Below are positions 1 through 8,713 of a DNA stretch of 64,000 nucleotides, piece by piece. Numbering within the stretch: position 1 is the stretch's first letter; each line of letters begins with the position of its first letter. The notes beneath the pieces were generated by a model. It had not been told where the DNA came from. It did not search any database and worked only from the letters and a program-made list of their open reading frames with translations. Origin of the DNA: an uncultured Actinomycetota bacterium (GTDB lineage: Bacteria; Actinomycetota; Actinomycetes; Propionibacteriales; Nocardioidaceae); assembly GCA_963753705.1 (NCBI GenBank), contig CAVWDJ010000002.1:437195-501194 (forward strand). Direction: 5' to 3'. The position numbers and the translations under genes were made by a program.

Positions 1-1
1 C

Positions 2-1231
2 GCCCACAACCCGCTCTCGCTCAACCTCGACCCCGACTTCTACAAGCTCAACCCGGGCCTCGACCTCGGGCACTGGTCGGAGTCGGCGGCGACGCTGCTG
101 GTGAACTCGACGAGCTCCCAGGTCATGTACCAGCTGTCGTCCTACATCGCGGCCGACCCGAAGGCGATGGCGTTCATCAACGGGAAGCCCGAGCACGACG
201 GCCCCTACACGATGCGGGTGAACCCGGCGTACCAGCACCTGCAGCTGCCGGTCGACTCGTGGCCGCTGCTCGACACCTGGCAGTTCAAGACGGCGCCCAA
301 CTCCTGCCTCAAGGCGCAGGGCGACGCCATGCCGCCCTACATGCCCCTGATCGCCAACCCGGTCACGAGCCTGCAGCTCGTCGCCCAGGCGATGCTCTAC
401 AACTGGCCCAACGTCGAGACCGGGTGCACGGGGACCGGGACCCAGGACGACCCCTACCAGCTCGGGCGCGTGGCTCCCCAGGGGCTGGGCAACCGGTTCA
501 TGCTCGGTCTGGTGACCCTGGGCGACGCCCAGCGCTACGGGCTGACGACCGCGAGGCTGCAGGCATCACCCGGTCACTACGTGGCCGCGGACGACGCGGG
601 GATCAAGGCCGCGCTCTCGCTGGCGGGCAAGACCTCGAAGCTGCGCCCCTTCGACCTGACCCAGACCGAGATCCGACGCTCCTCGACGGCGTACCCGGGC
701 TCCATGCTCGTGTACACGGCGGCGAAGACCTACGGCCTGCCCGCGGCCACCGCACAGCACGTCGCCCAGTTCATCCGGGTGTCGTCGACCGAGGGGCAGA
801 AGCCCGGGCGTGGCAACGGGCAGCTCGCCGCCGGCTACGTGCCGCTGGCGAACTCCGGCGTGACCCGGGGCCTGTACCAGCAGGCCCAGGACGTCGCGGC
901 CGCCGTCGCCGCGCAGAAGGCGCCGCCGGCCCCACCTGCCGGACCTCCGTCGAAGCCGGCCGGTGGCCCGCCGGCCAACCCGTCGCACGGCGGTGCCCCG
1001 CCGGCCGGGCTTCCGGGTGACGCACCCCCGGGCACGACGCCGTCGACCGAGCCGGCGGCGGCGCCGCCCGACGACGGCACCACGACGGTCGCGGACGGGA
1101 CGCTCGTCAAGACCGCAGCGGTCTCGAACGGCGGTGCGGGACTCCTGGTCCTGCTGATCATCGGCTGCGTCGTGGCCGGGGTCGGGGCGATCGTCGGCCG
1201 CACCATCCTGACGAGCAGGGGACTGCGATGA
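2..1231 (+). CDS. 5'-truncated surface protein, probably PstS/PBP-like substrate-binding family, with Pro-rich linker and C-terminal TM anchor
   Basis: Frame is open from base 2 (AHNPLSLNLDPDFYKLNPGL...), so the gene starts left of the window. C-terminus is a Pro/Gly-rich linker, hydrophobic GGAGLLVLLIIGCVVAGVGAIVG and basic tail RTILTSRGLR. Stop overlaps the next ATG (ATGA). Family call is mostly from context. Confidence 0.55.
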   Translation, partial: AHNPLSLNLDPDFYKLNPGLDLGHWSESAATLLVNSTSSQVMYQLSSYIAADPKAMAFINGKPEHDGPYTMRVNPAYQHLQLPVDSWPLLDTWQFKTAPNSCLKAQGDAMPPYMPLIANPVTSLQLVAQAMLYNWPNVETGCTGTGTQDDPYQLGRVAPQGLGNRFMLGLVTLGDAQRYGLTTARLQASPGHYVAADDAGIKAALSLAGKTSKLRPFDLTQTEIRRSSTAYPGSMLVYTAAKTYGLPAATAQHVAQFIRVSSTEGQKPGRGNGQLAAGYVPLANSGVTRGLYQQAQDVAAAVAAQKAPPAPPAGPPSKPAGGPPANPSHGGAPPAGLPGDAPPGTTPSTEPAAAPPDDGTTTVADGTLVKTAAVSNGGAGLLVLLIIGCVVAGVGAIVGRTILTSRGLR

Positions 1232-2175
1232 GCGCGCCGACGCTGACCCCGCCACCAGCAGCGGTCCCGCCACCGGCGCGGCCCGCGGTCGCGTACGGCC
1301 GGCCGATCCGCCCCGGGGAGCCGGCCGAGGCGCTCTACGTGTTCTCCTCGGCCTGCACGATCGTGGCGCTGATCTGCCTGTGGATGCTGCTGCAGATGAT
1401 CGTCCTCGGCCGGTTCAGCGAGGCCAGGGCCCAGCACCTGCTCTACACCGAGTACCGCAGCCAGCTGGCGACCGAGACGGCTCCGACCGGGGCTCTGGAC
1501 TACGACGGCAGACCGGTCGTCGCCGGCAGCCCGGTGGCGCTGATGTCGATCCCGGCCCTCGGCCTCCACGACGTCGTCGTGGTCGACGGCACCGCGTCGG
1601 GGAACCTGCTCGACGGGCCCGGTCACCTGCGCACGACCCCCTTGCCGGGCAACGTCGGCACCTCGCTGGTCATGGGTCGCAGCACGACGTACGGGGCGCC
1701 GTTCGGCACGATCACCGCGCTGCGACCCGGCGACTCGATCCGCGTGGTCGGTGCCCAGGGCTCCGTCACCTACGTCGTCCGGGACCTCCGTCGAGCAGGT
1801 GACCCGATCCCGCCGTCGCCGACCGGGCCGAGGGCGGGCCGGCTCATCCTGGCCACCGCCGCCAGCACGGGGACCCTGTCCAGGCTGCACCCGACCGACG
1901 TGGTCTACGTCGACGCCGACACCACGAAGGCCTTCCCCTCGGGTCCGGTCTACCCGGCCGTCCCCGACGCCGAGCGGGCGATGCAGCACGACACCGGCGC
2001 GCTCCCGTTGCTGGTGCTCCTGCTGGCGTTCGTCGCCGGTCTGGTCCTCGCCGTGAGCGTGGCCCGCCGGCGGTTCCGAGACGCGCTGGTCTGGCTGGTG
2101 GCAGCACCGGTCGCGATCGCGCTCGCATGGGCGGTGACCGACCAGGTCATGCGCCTCCTCCCGAACTTGATGTAA
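1228..2175 (+). CDS. Sortase-fold membrane protein (class E-like), catalytic residues apparently absent
   Basis: GPGHLRTTPLPGNVGTSLVMGRSTTYGAPF...LRPGDSIRV...TYVV...RLILATA follows the class E sortase pattern GPGHxxxTxxPGxxGNxxxAGHRTTYGxPF...LTLTTC. One N-terminal TM and two C-terminal TMs. Confidence 0.8.
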   Translation: MSAPTLTPPPAAVPPPARPAVAYGRPIRPGEPAEALYVFSSACTIVALICLWMLLQMIVLGRFSEARAQHLLYTEYRSQLATETAPTGALDYDGRPVVAGSPVALMSIPALGLHDVVVVDGTASGNLLDGPGHLRTTPLPGNVGTSLVMGRSTTYGAPFGTITALRPGDSIRVVGAQGSVTYVVRDLRRAGDPIPPSPTGPRAGRLILATAASTGTLSRLHPTDVVYVDADTTKAFPSGPVYPAVPDAERAMQHDTGALPLLVLLLAFVAGLVLAVSVARRRFRDALVWLVAAPVAIALAWAVTDQVMRLLPNLM

Positions 2176-2223
2176 CCGCATCAAGGAATGACGAAGCAGA
2201 AACCGAGATCAGGAGAGCATCTG

Positions 2224-4131
2224 ATGTCTGTCCGTAAGATCAGCGCCAAGCTGGGACTCGCGGCCGTGGCCGTGTCCGGCCTGGCCCTCACCGCGCTGGC
2301 CCCGGCCAATGCGGACACCGTGCCGGGCCACGACAGCGTGCCCGGTACGTACACCCTCGGGACCACAGTCATCGGCGTAGGGTCCGACACCCTTCAGTGG
2401 GTGGACGACAAGCTCTCCGCCGACTACGACGCGACCACCCCGGCCGTGGCCTGGGCGAACTTCGACGCCTGCCTGGGCAACACCTCCGCCGGTGCCCCGG
2501 GTCTCGGCGACAACCCCGACGGCTCCGGCTTCCCCTGCGGTGCCGACCACACCGGCACCAAGGCCGGTGTGAAGCGTGACGAGGGCGTCGTGGACCCGGC
2601 TGCCGCCGGGGGCGCGCTCCCGAGCGGCTCGGGCGACGGTCGCACGCTCCTCCGTACGCCGACCGACAAGCTCTTCATGGACGTGGCCTACGGCCGTTCC
2701 TCGGGGCCGATCAACACCACCGACCTCGCGGCCGGTGAGATCGCCCTTCCCTTCGCGGTCGACAAGATCGTCGTGGCGACGCACCCCGGTGGTCCGGCTC
2801 CGGCGTCGCTGACCGGTCAGCAGATCCTCAAGATCTACAACGGCACCTACACCAACTGGAACCAGGTCGGCGGCAAGAACGCCACGATCCACCCCTACCT
2901 GCCGAAGGCGGGCTCCAGCACCCTGAACGCGTTCCAGTCCTTCCTGGCAGCGCTGGACGGCGTCAACGAGGCCCCGGGCACCGACAACGACCCGACCTCG
3001 CACTCGGCCGCGTCACAGATCTGGCAGGGTCAGCCCGGCGCTCCGGCGATCACGGACGGCAACTGGAACACCGGGTCTCCCACGGCCGTTCCGCCCACCG
3101 CGGCGAACGTCGAGGAGCACGACCCGTCGGTGATCATCAAGGACGCCAACGCGATCGAGCCCTTCTCCTACGGGCGGGCCCAGCTGGCCAACGGCGCCTC
3201 GCAGACCGTGCGGATCGAGGGCGGCTGGTCCGCGGACCGCGAGCTGTACCACGTCGTGCGCGGGCAGAACATCGCCGGCGCAGCGACGACGCCCTTCGTC
3301 TACGGCAGTGACGGCGGAGTGCTGGAGAACCTCTTCTCCAACACCGGCTGGGTGTGCACCAACGCCACCGCGAAGGCCGACATCGCCGGCGCCGGCTTCT
3401 GGCCGCTCCAGACCGGTACGACGACGGGCCGCTGCGGTGTGAAGAACGCCAACACCGAGGACACCATCAACCCGTTCGCGTCCAACGGCGTGGACGAGGG
3501 TGCCGCCACCTCCACCAGCGCCTTCTTCCACTCGGGCACGGTCCACGTCACGGTCACCGGTGGCGCGTCCACCCCGACCGGGTCGGTCCAGCTCGTCGTC
3601 GCGAACCCGTCGACGCCGACCGGGTCACCGGCCGCGTCGTACCACAAGACCGTCGCGCTGAACGCCGACGGTGAGGCTGCGATCACGCTGCCCGCGACGG
3701 TCTCCGGCATGAAGACGTTCGACGTCGCCTACCTGCCGACGTCCTTCGGTGCGAAGTCCTCGGCCGGTGGCCACACCGCCCTCGGCTCGTCCTACACCGA
3801 GTTCAGCGCCAAGGTCCCCGTGGCCAAGGTCGCGACCACGGTGAAGGCGAGCGCCAAGCCCACCACCCTGGCGAGCTCCAAGGCCAACACCAAGGTGACC
3901 GCGACCGTCAAGGCGGTCTCGGGCACGGCCAAGCCCACCGGCACGATCACCATCATGCTCGGGAGCAAGAAGGTCGGCACCGGGAAGCTCAAGAACGGCA
4001 CCGTGACCATCACGGTCAAGGGCACGTCGCTCAAGAAGGGCACCAACAAGCTCGTCGTCAGGTACGTCCCGACGACCGGCTTCAAGGCGCCGGCGAAGTC
4101 GCCGAGCGTCACGGTCCACCGCACCAAGTGA
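2224..4131 (+). CDS. Secreted PstS-like phosphate-binding-fold protein with C-terminal Ig-like (Big_3-type) domain(s)
   Basis: Start re-picked at ATG 2224 after AGGAG. Sec signal ends ALAPANA-D. PstS-like motifs: GVGSDT, GSGDG, YGRSS, FAVDKIVVA, LTGQQILKIYNGTYTNWNQVGG, GSST. Lys/Thr-rich beta-strand tail PTGTITIMLGSKKVGTGKLKNG. Confidence 0.75.
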   Translation: MSVRKISAKLGLAAVAVSGLALTALAPANADTVPGHDSVPGTYTLGTTVIGVGSDTLQWVDDKLSADYDATTPAVAWANFDACLGNTSAGAPGLGDNPDGSGFPCGADHTGTKAGVKRDEGVVDPAAAGGALPSGSGDGRTLLRTPTDKLFMDVAYGRSSGPINTTDLAAGEIALPFAVDKIVVATHPGGPAPASLTGQQILKIYNGTYTNWNQVGGKNATIHPYLPKAGSSTLNAFQSFLAALDGVNEAPGTDNDPTSHSAASQIWQGQPGAPAITDGNWNTGSPTAVPPTAANVEEHDPSVIIKDANAIEPFSYGRAQLANGASQTVRIEGGWSADRELYHVVRGQNIAGAATTPFVYGSDGGVLENLFSNTGWVCTNATAKADIAGAGFWPLQTGTTTGRCGVKNANTEDTINPFASNGVDEGAATSTSAFFHSGTVHVTVTGGASTPTGSVQLVVANPSTPTGSPAASYHKTVALNADGEAAITLPATVSGMKTFDVAYLPTSFGAKSSAGGHTALGSSYTEFSAKVPVAKVATTVKASAKPTTLASSKANTKVTATVKAVSGTAKPTGTITIMLGSKKVGTGKLKNGTVTITVKGTSLKKGTNKLVVRYVPTTGFKAPAKSPSVTVHRTK

Positions 4132-4136
4132 CACCC

Positions 4137-4170
4137 GGTGGTGGGCCGGGGTAGTTCCCGGCCCACCACC
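4137..4170 (+). terminator. Perfect 14-bp hairpin between pstS-like gene and pstB (terminator or mRNA stabiliser)
   Basis: GGTGGTGGGCCGGG-gtagtt-CCCGGCCCACCACC, starting 6 nt after the stop codon. Confidence 0.7.
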
Positions 4171-4198
4171 GTCCATCTAGCACAGCTGAGAGGGACTC

Positions 4199-5056
4199 AT
4201 GACCATGAGCACCATCGACCCGACGCAGGAGATTCCTGCGGTCGGGTCCCAGGCCCCGACGAAGGCGCACCCCGCGAAGACGCTCGCGACGCTGGAGGCG
4301 CGCGAGGTGAGCTGCTGGTTCGGCGACCACCTGGTGCTCGACCGCGTCTCGTTGACGATGCCGGCCGGGGGCATCACCGCCCTGATCGGGCCGTCGGGCT
4401 GCGGCAAGTCGACGTTCCTCCGCACCCTCAACCGGATGCACGAGCTGGTGCCGAGCGCGCAGCTGGCCGGTGAGGTGCTGCTCGACGGCACGGACGTGTA
4501 CGCGCCCGAGCGCAAGCTCACCGACGCCCGGCGCGAGATCGGCATGGTGTTCCAGAAGCCCAACCCCTTCCCGGCGATGTCGATCCGCGACAACGTGCTC
4601 GCCGGGCTCAGGCTCACCGGCACCAAGGCCGGCCGCGACGAGAAGGAGGAGCTCGTCGAGCACTGCCTCCGGCTCGGCGGCCTCTGGAACGAGGTGAAGG
4701 ACCGGCTCGACGCGCCGGGCGGTGGGCTGTCGGGTGGTCAGCAGCAGCGGCTGTGCATCGCCCGGTCGATGGCCATCAAGCCCCGCGTGCTGCTCATGGA
4801 CGAGCCCTGCTCGGCCCTCGACCCCACCTCCACCCGCGTGATCGAGGAGACGATGAAGTACCTCGCCCAGGAGGTCACGATCGTCATCGTCACCCACAAC
4901 ATGCAGCAGGCAGCCCGGGTGTCGGACCAGACCGCGTTCTTCCTGGCGTCGCACAACACTCCCGGCGTCATCGTCGAGCACGGCGAGACTGCTGCGATGT
5001 TCGAGCACCCCCAGGACCAGCGCACCCGCGACTACGTGCAGGGACGGTTCGGCTGA
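4199..5056 (+). CDS. pstB: Phosphate ABC transporter ATP-binding protein
   Basis: Walker A GPSGCGKST, FLRTLNRMHE, VFQKPNPFP, signature LSGGQQQRLCIAR, LMDEPCSALDP, VTHNMQQAARVSD, C-terminal TRDYVQGRFG. Confidence 0.95.
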   Translation: MTMSTIDPTQEIPAVGSQAPTKAHPAKTLATLEAREVSCWFGDHLVLDRVSLTMPAGGITALIGPSGCGKSTFLRTLNRMHELVPSAQLAGEVLLDGTDVYAPERKLTDARREIGMVFQKPNPFPAMSIRDNVLAGLRLTGTKAGRDEKEELVEHCLRLGGLWNEVKDRLDAPGGGLSGGQQQRLCIARSMAIKPRVLLMDEPCSALDPTSTRVIEETMKYLAQEVTIVIVTHNMQQAARVSDQTAFFLASHNTPGVIVEHGETAAMFEHPQDQRTRDYVQGRFG

Positions 5057-5781
5057 CCGGGCTGCGCCGCGCGGCCGGAGCAGCCGCGACGGTCGGGTTG
5101 CTCGCCGGGCTCGCCGGGCTCGTCGCGTCGGAGGGCCGTGGTGGCGCACAGGCGATGCCGAGTCCCGTCGTACCGCTCGCTCCGGACGTCAAGATCGCCC
5201 CGGCCGCCGCGCACCCTGCGACGGCCGGGCCGCGCACCGTCAGCGCGGCCTGGGTCAGTCACGTCGCAGCGGCCGCCGGGATCCCGGCACCCGCCGTCCG
5301 CGCGTACGGCGCCGCGACCCTGCGCGTGAACCGCATCGACCCCGGCTGTCACCTGGGCTGGACGACCCTGGCCGGGATCGGCTGGGTCGAGTCGCAGCAC
5401 GGCACGATCGGTGGCCGACTGCTCGGGGAGGACGGGAGGTCCGACCGGCCCGTGCTCGGACCGGTCCTCGACGGGCGGGGCGGCACGGCGGCGGTCCGAT
5501 CGGCGACGGGGACCTGGGAGCGCGCCGTGGGACCGCTGCAGTTCCTGCCGTCCACCTGGGACCGCTGGGCGGCCGACGGCGACGGCGACGGCCGCGCCGA
5601 CCCGCAGGACCTCGACGACGCCGCGCTCGCCGCGGGCCGCTACCTGTGTGGGGCAGGTGGCGACCTCGCGGTGGGGTCCGGCTGGGTGACGGCCGTGCGT
5701 GCCTACAACCACGCCGACGCCTACGTACGCGCGGTCTACGACGCCGCGTCGGCGTATGCGACGCGGGTGGGTTCCGACTGA
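5053..5781 (+). CDS. Lytic transglycosylase (SLT-like) protein
   Basis: WTTLAGIGWVESQHG (catalytic Glu), AVGPLQFLPSTW, DGDGDGRADPQDLDDAALAAGRYLC, AYNH. Start uncertain; the N-terminal hydrophobic stretch begins about 5053. Confidence 0.8.
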   Translation: MTGLRRAAGAAATVGLLAGLAGLVASEGRGGAQAMPSPVVPLAPDVKIAPAAAHPATAGPRTVSAAWVSHVAAAAGIPAPAVRAYGAATLRVNRIDPGCHLGWTTLAGIGWVESQHGTIGGRLLGEDGRSDRPVLGPVLDGRGGTAAVRSATGTWERAVGPLQFLPSTWDRWAADGDGDGRADPQDLDDAALAAGRYLCGAGGDLAVGSGWVTAVRAYNHADAYVRAVYDAASAYATRVGSD

Positions 5782-5798
5782 CCCGGCTGAGCCCGGGG

Positions 5799-6110
5799 TC
5801 AGGCGCTGACAGGCCCCGGCATCTCCCAGGCGTCCTCGCCGCTGACGGCCGCCACCGTCAGCTGGTGCTGCTCGTCGAACGTCTCGGCCACCGGCGCGTC
5901 CTGGACGTTCTCCGGGATGCGCACGGCCGTGATCGACTCGAGGCGCACCACGACGTGCTCGGAGTGCGTGCTGAGCACAAGGCCGTGGCCGTCGAGGCCG
6001 GCGACGTTGCCGCGCAGCCAATGGCTCTGCACCAGCACCTCGACCGGCAGGTGGTTGCTGTCGGCCCGGCGCAGGGCCGTACCGATGGTGAACAGCGTTG
6101 AATCGTGCAT
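5799..6110 (-). CDS. Small (103 aa) hypothetical protein with Sm/Hfq-like small beta-barrel pattern
   Basis: C-terminal part of track ORF 5799..6758; ATG at 6110 gives MHDSTLFTIGTALRRADSNHLPVEVLVQSHWLRGNVAGLDGHGLVLSTHSEHVVVRLESITAVRIP. Confidence 0.65.
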   Translation of the reverse strand: MHDSTLFTIGTALRRADSNHLPVEVLVQSHWLRGNVAGLDGHGLVLSTHSEHVVVRLESITAVRIPENVQDAPVAETFDEQHQLTVAAVSGEDAWEMPGPVSA

Positions 6111-6244
6111 GATGAAACCCCCCCAAAGCCCCCCCGGGCTCTGCACTTGTGCGTTCAGAGTAGGCCCCACATCGACGGTTCGGGGGGCAACTTGCCGTGA
6201 AATCTTCGCCAGACAGGTAAAGATCTGCGGAACCCTTCTCGTCG

Positions 6245-7087
6245 CTAGCCCACCACGACGGATCCCGCGGTGGCGGATCCACCGCTCGTCCAGCCGCCGT
6301 TGCTGCCCACGACCCAGTCGCGGCCGTCGAAGCCGACGTGGGTCAGCCCCAGCCGCGGGGCCCGGCCCACGATGTAGGAGGCGATCGACCAGCCCTGCGG
6401 ACCGGACACCGCCGCGATCTCGAGACGGGAGCCTGCCCCCACGCTCACCTGGACCGTCCCGAAGGCCGGGGCGAGGGTGCGACGCAGCGCAGCGGCTCGC
6501 CGGGCGGCGGGAGGCCGCGCACCGGGGGACGCCGTCAGGTGGCAGGCGAAGGCAGCGGGGGAGAAGCCGGTGAGGGCGGACGCCAGGGCGCGGGCGTCCG
6601 GCTCGTACACGGCGTAGGCCGAGGGGTAGCCCGAGCGCTGCACGCGCTGCGCGGCGACGGTGACCGGCATCGACTCGTAGCCGGGGACCCGGGCGAGCGC
6701 GTCGTAGAACGCGTTGGTGGCGTGGACCGGGTCGAGGATCTCGCGCGGGGTGCCCCATCCCTGTGACGGCCGCTGCTGGAAGAGGCCCAGCGAGTCTCGG
6801 TCACCGCCCCGCAGGTTGTAGAGCTTCGACTCCTGGAGCGCGGCGGCGAGCGCGATGGTGGCGGCGTGCGCCGGCATCCCCCGGTGGACCGCGATCGCCG
6901 AGATCAGGCTCGCGTTGCGCGCCTGGGTCGCGGTCAGGACGACGCTGAGCCCGTTGACCTTCGTCGTGCACAGCCCGGCACTCTCGTCCTTGGACGTCGA
7001 CGAGTGGCGGGCGATGCCGTACCAGACTCCGCCCACCACCAGGGCGAGCGGGACCACGACCGCGGCCGTCCGCCGCACGATGCTCAT
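6245..7087 (-). CDS. Membrane-anchored/secreted protein with lysozyme-like domain (conserved actinobacterial QESxLx[20 protein letters not shown] family)
   Basis: ATG 7087 overlaps the dapD stop (ATGA). N-terminal TM, then [31 protein letters not shown] and [11 protein letters not shown]. Confidence 0.75.
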   Translation of the reverse strand: MSIVRRTAAVVVPLALVVGGVWYGIARHSSTSKDESAGLCTTKVNGLSVVLTATQARNASLISAIAVHRGMPAHAATIALAAALQESKLYNLRGGDRDSLGLFQQRPSQGWGTPREILDPVHATNAFYDALARVPGYESMPVTVAAQRVQRSGYPSAYAVYEPDARALASALTGFSPAAFACHLTASPGARPPAARRAAALRRTLAPAFGTVQVSVGAGSRLEIAAVSGPQGWSIASYIVGRAPRLGLTHVGFDGRDWVVGSNGGWTSGGSATAGSVVVG

Positions 7088-8037
7088 CGGTTCTGGTGCA
7101 GCGCCTCGTTGAGAGCCACGCCACCGGCACGCCAGGGCACGACCTCGACGGTGCCGGTCACGGAGTTGCGGCGGAAGAGCAGGTTGCTGCCGCCGGACAG
7201 GTCGAGCGCCTTGACCACCCTGCCGTCGGGGAGCGTGACCTTGGTACCCGCGGTGATGTAGCAGCCCGCCTCGACGACGCAGTCGTCGCCGAGCGAGATG
7301 CCGATGCCGGCGTTCGCGCCGAGCAGACAGCGCTCGCCGATCGACACGACCTGCGTCCCGCCACCCGACAGCGTGCCCATGATCGAGGCCCCACCGCCCA
7401 CGTCGGAGCCGTCGCCCACGACGACACCGGCGGTGATCCGGCCCTCGACCATCGAGGAACCCACCGTGCCGGCGTTGTAGTTGACGAAGCCCTCGTGCAT
7501 GACGGTGGTGCCCTCGGCCAGGTGCGCTCCGAGGCGGACCCGGTCGGCGTCGGCGATCCGGACGCCGGACGGCACGACGTAGTCGGTCATCCGGGGGAAC
7601 TTGTCGACCCCGTGGACCTGGACCGGCCCCTGGCCGCGCAGCCGCAGCCTGGTGGCCTCGAAGTCGTCGACGGGGCAGGGTCCGGCGCTCGTCCACACCA
7701 CGTTGGTCAGGACGCCGAAGATGCCCTCGAGGTTGGCGCCGTGAGGGCGGACCAGCCGATGGGAGAGCAGGTGCAGGCGGAGGTAGGCGTCGGGCACGTC
7801 GCGCGGCGGATCGGCCAGGTCGACCGCGACGTGGACGACCTCGGTGCGGACCCGCCGGGCCGGGTGGTCGCCGGCCAGCGCGGCGAGGGCGCTGGGCGCC
7901 TCGGCCTCGTCGGTCGGCTCACCGAGCGCCGGGGTCGGGAACCACGCCTCCAGGACGCTGCCCTCGCTCGCCCCGCTGGTCACGACGCTGGCCAGACCCC
8001 AGCCGCTCGCCCGCCCGGGTGTGCTCCGCTCCGTCAC
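7084..8037 (-). CDS. dapD: Tetrahydrodipicolinate N-succinyltransferase
   Basis: [62 protein letters not shown] and hexapeptide repeats. GTG 8037 chosen as start. Confidence 0.93.
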   Translation of the reverse strand: MTERSTPGRASGWGLASVVTSGASEGSVLEAWFPTPALGEPTDEAEAPSALAALAGDHPARRVRTEVVHVAVDLADPPRDVPDAYLRLHLLSHRLVRPHGANLEGIFGVLTNVVWTSAGPCPVDDFEATRLRLRGQGPVQVHGVDKFPRMTDYVVPSGVRIADADRVRLGAHLAEGTTVMHEGFVNYNAGTVGSSMVEGRITAGVVVGDGSDVGGGASIMGTLSGGGTQVVSIGERCLLGANAGIGISLGDDCVVEAGCYITAGTKVTLPDGRVVKALDLSGGSNLLFRRNSVTGTVEVVPWRAGGVALNEALHQNR

Positions 8038-8077
8038 GCCGAGGAGTCTACGGAGGGGGAGCACGTCGCCGAGCCCG

Positions 8078-8629
8078 TCACTGGCCCGTCCGTCCGTCGA
8101 TCCGCTCGCGCAGCAGGTCGGCGTGCCCGCAGTGTCGTGCGTACTCCTCGATCAGGTGGACGACGATCTCCCGCAGCTCGCTCTGGTCGCCGTCGGGGCC
8201 GACCAGCGTGCCGAGGTCGTCGTACTGCTCGTAGACCACGCGGGCGTGGTCGACCTCGGTCCGCCAGGCGGTCCAGGCCTCGGCGACGACCTCGGGGTCG
8301 TCCACGGCGCCGTTGAAGTCGAGGTCACGGTCGTCGGGCGACTTGAAGGGCCGCGGGAGCTCCATGTGGCCCTCGATGAAGCGGCGGAACCAGTGGAACT
8401 CGACCGACGCCAGGTGCCGGACCAGGCCCAGGAGCGACATCGAGCTCGGCGGGACGGACCGCTGCGCCAGCTGCTCGGCGTCCAGGCCCTCGCACTTCAT
8501 CTCGAACGTCATCCGGAAGTGCTCGAGGTACTCGGCCAGCACCGCTTTCTCCCCGCGGGGCGTGGCGCCGGTGTCGCGTGGGTCGTCCTCGGGGTCGACC
8601 CACAGGTCGGGGAACTGCCGCTCACTCAT
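8078..8629 (-). CDS. DinB/DUF664 family protein
   Basis: [18 protein letters not shown]...[28 protein letters not shown], the His pattern of the DinB fold. Confidence 0.9.
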   Translation of the reverse strand: MSERQFPDLWVDPEDDPRDTGATPRGEKAVLAEYLEHFRMTFEMKCEGLDAEQLAQRSVPPSSMSLLGLVRHLASVEFHWFRRFIEGHMELPRPFKSPDDRDLDFNGAVDDPEVVAEAWTAWRTEVDHARVVYEQYDDLGTLVGPDGDQSELREIVVHLIEEYARHCGHADLLRERIDGRTGQ

Positions 8630-8713
8630 GGGGCCGCACTCTTCCCGGTCCGGGCGGGTCGGCTCAAATCCGTTCCGGTGGCGCTCCGCGACCCTCGTCG
8701 ACCTCGTCGGCCC

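Noticed and set aside
6111-6250. Known riboswitch (c-di-GMP or c-di-AMP) in the leader of the Sm-like gene
   Set aside because: The conserved cores (GGCAAAC..GAAA..GGGACGCAAAGC; GCTGAATCC..GGGGAAC) could not be found by eye. Kept only as a generic structured-leader hypothesis.
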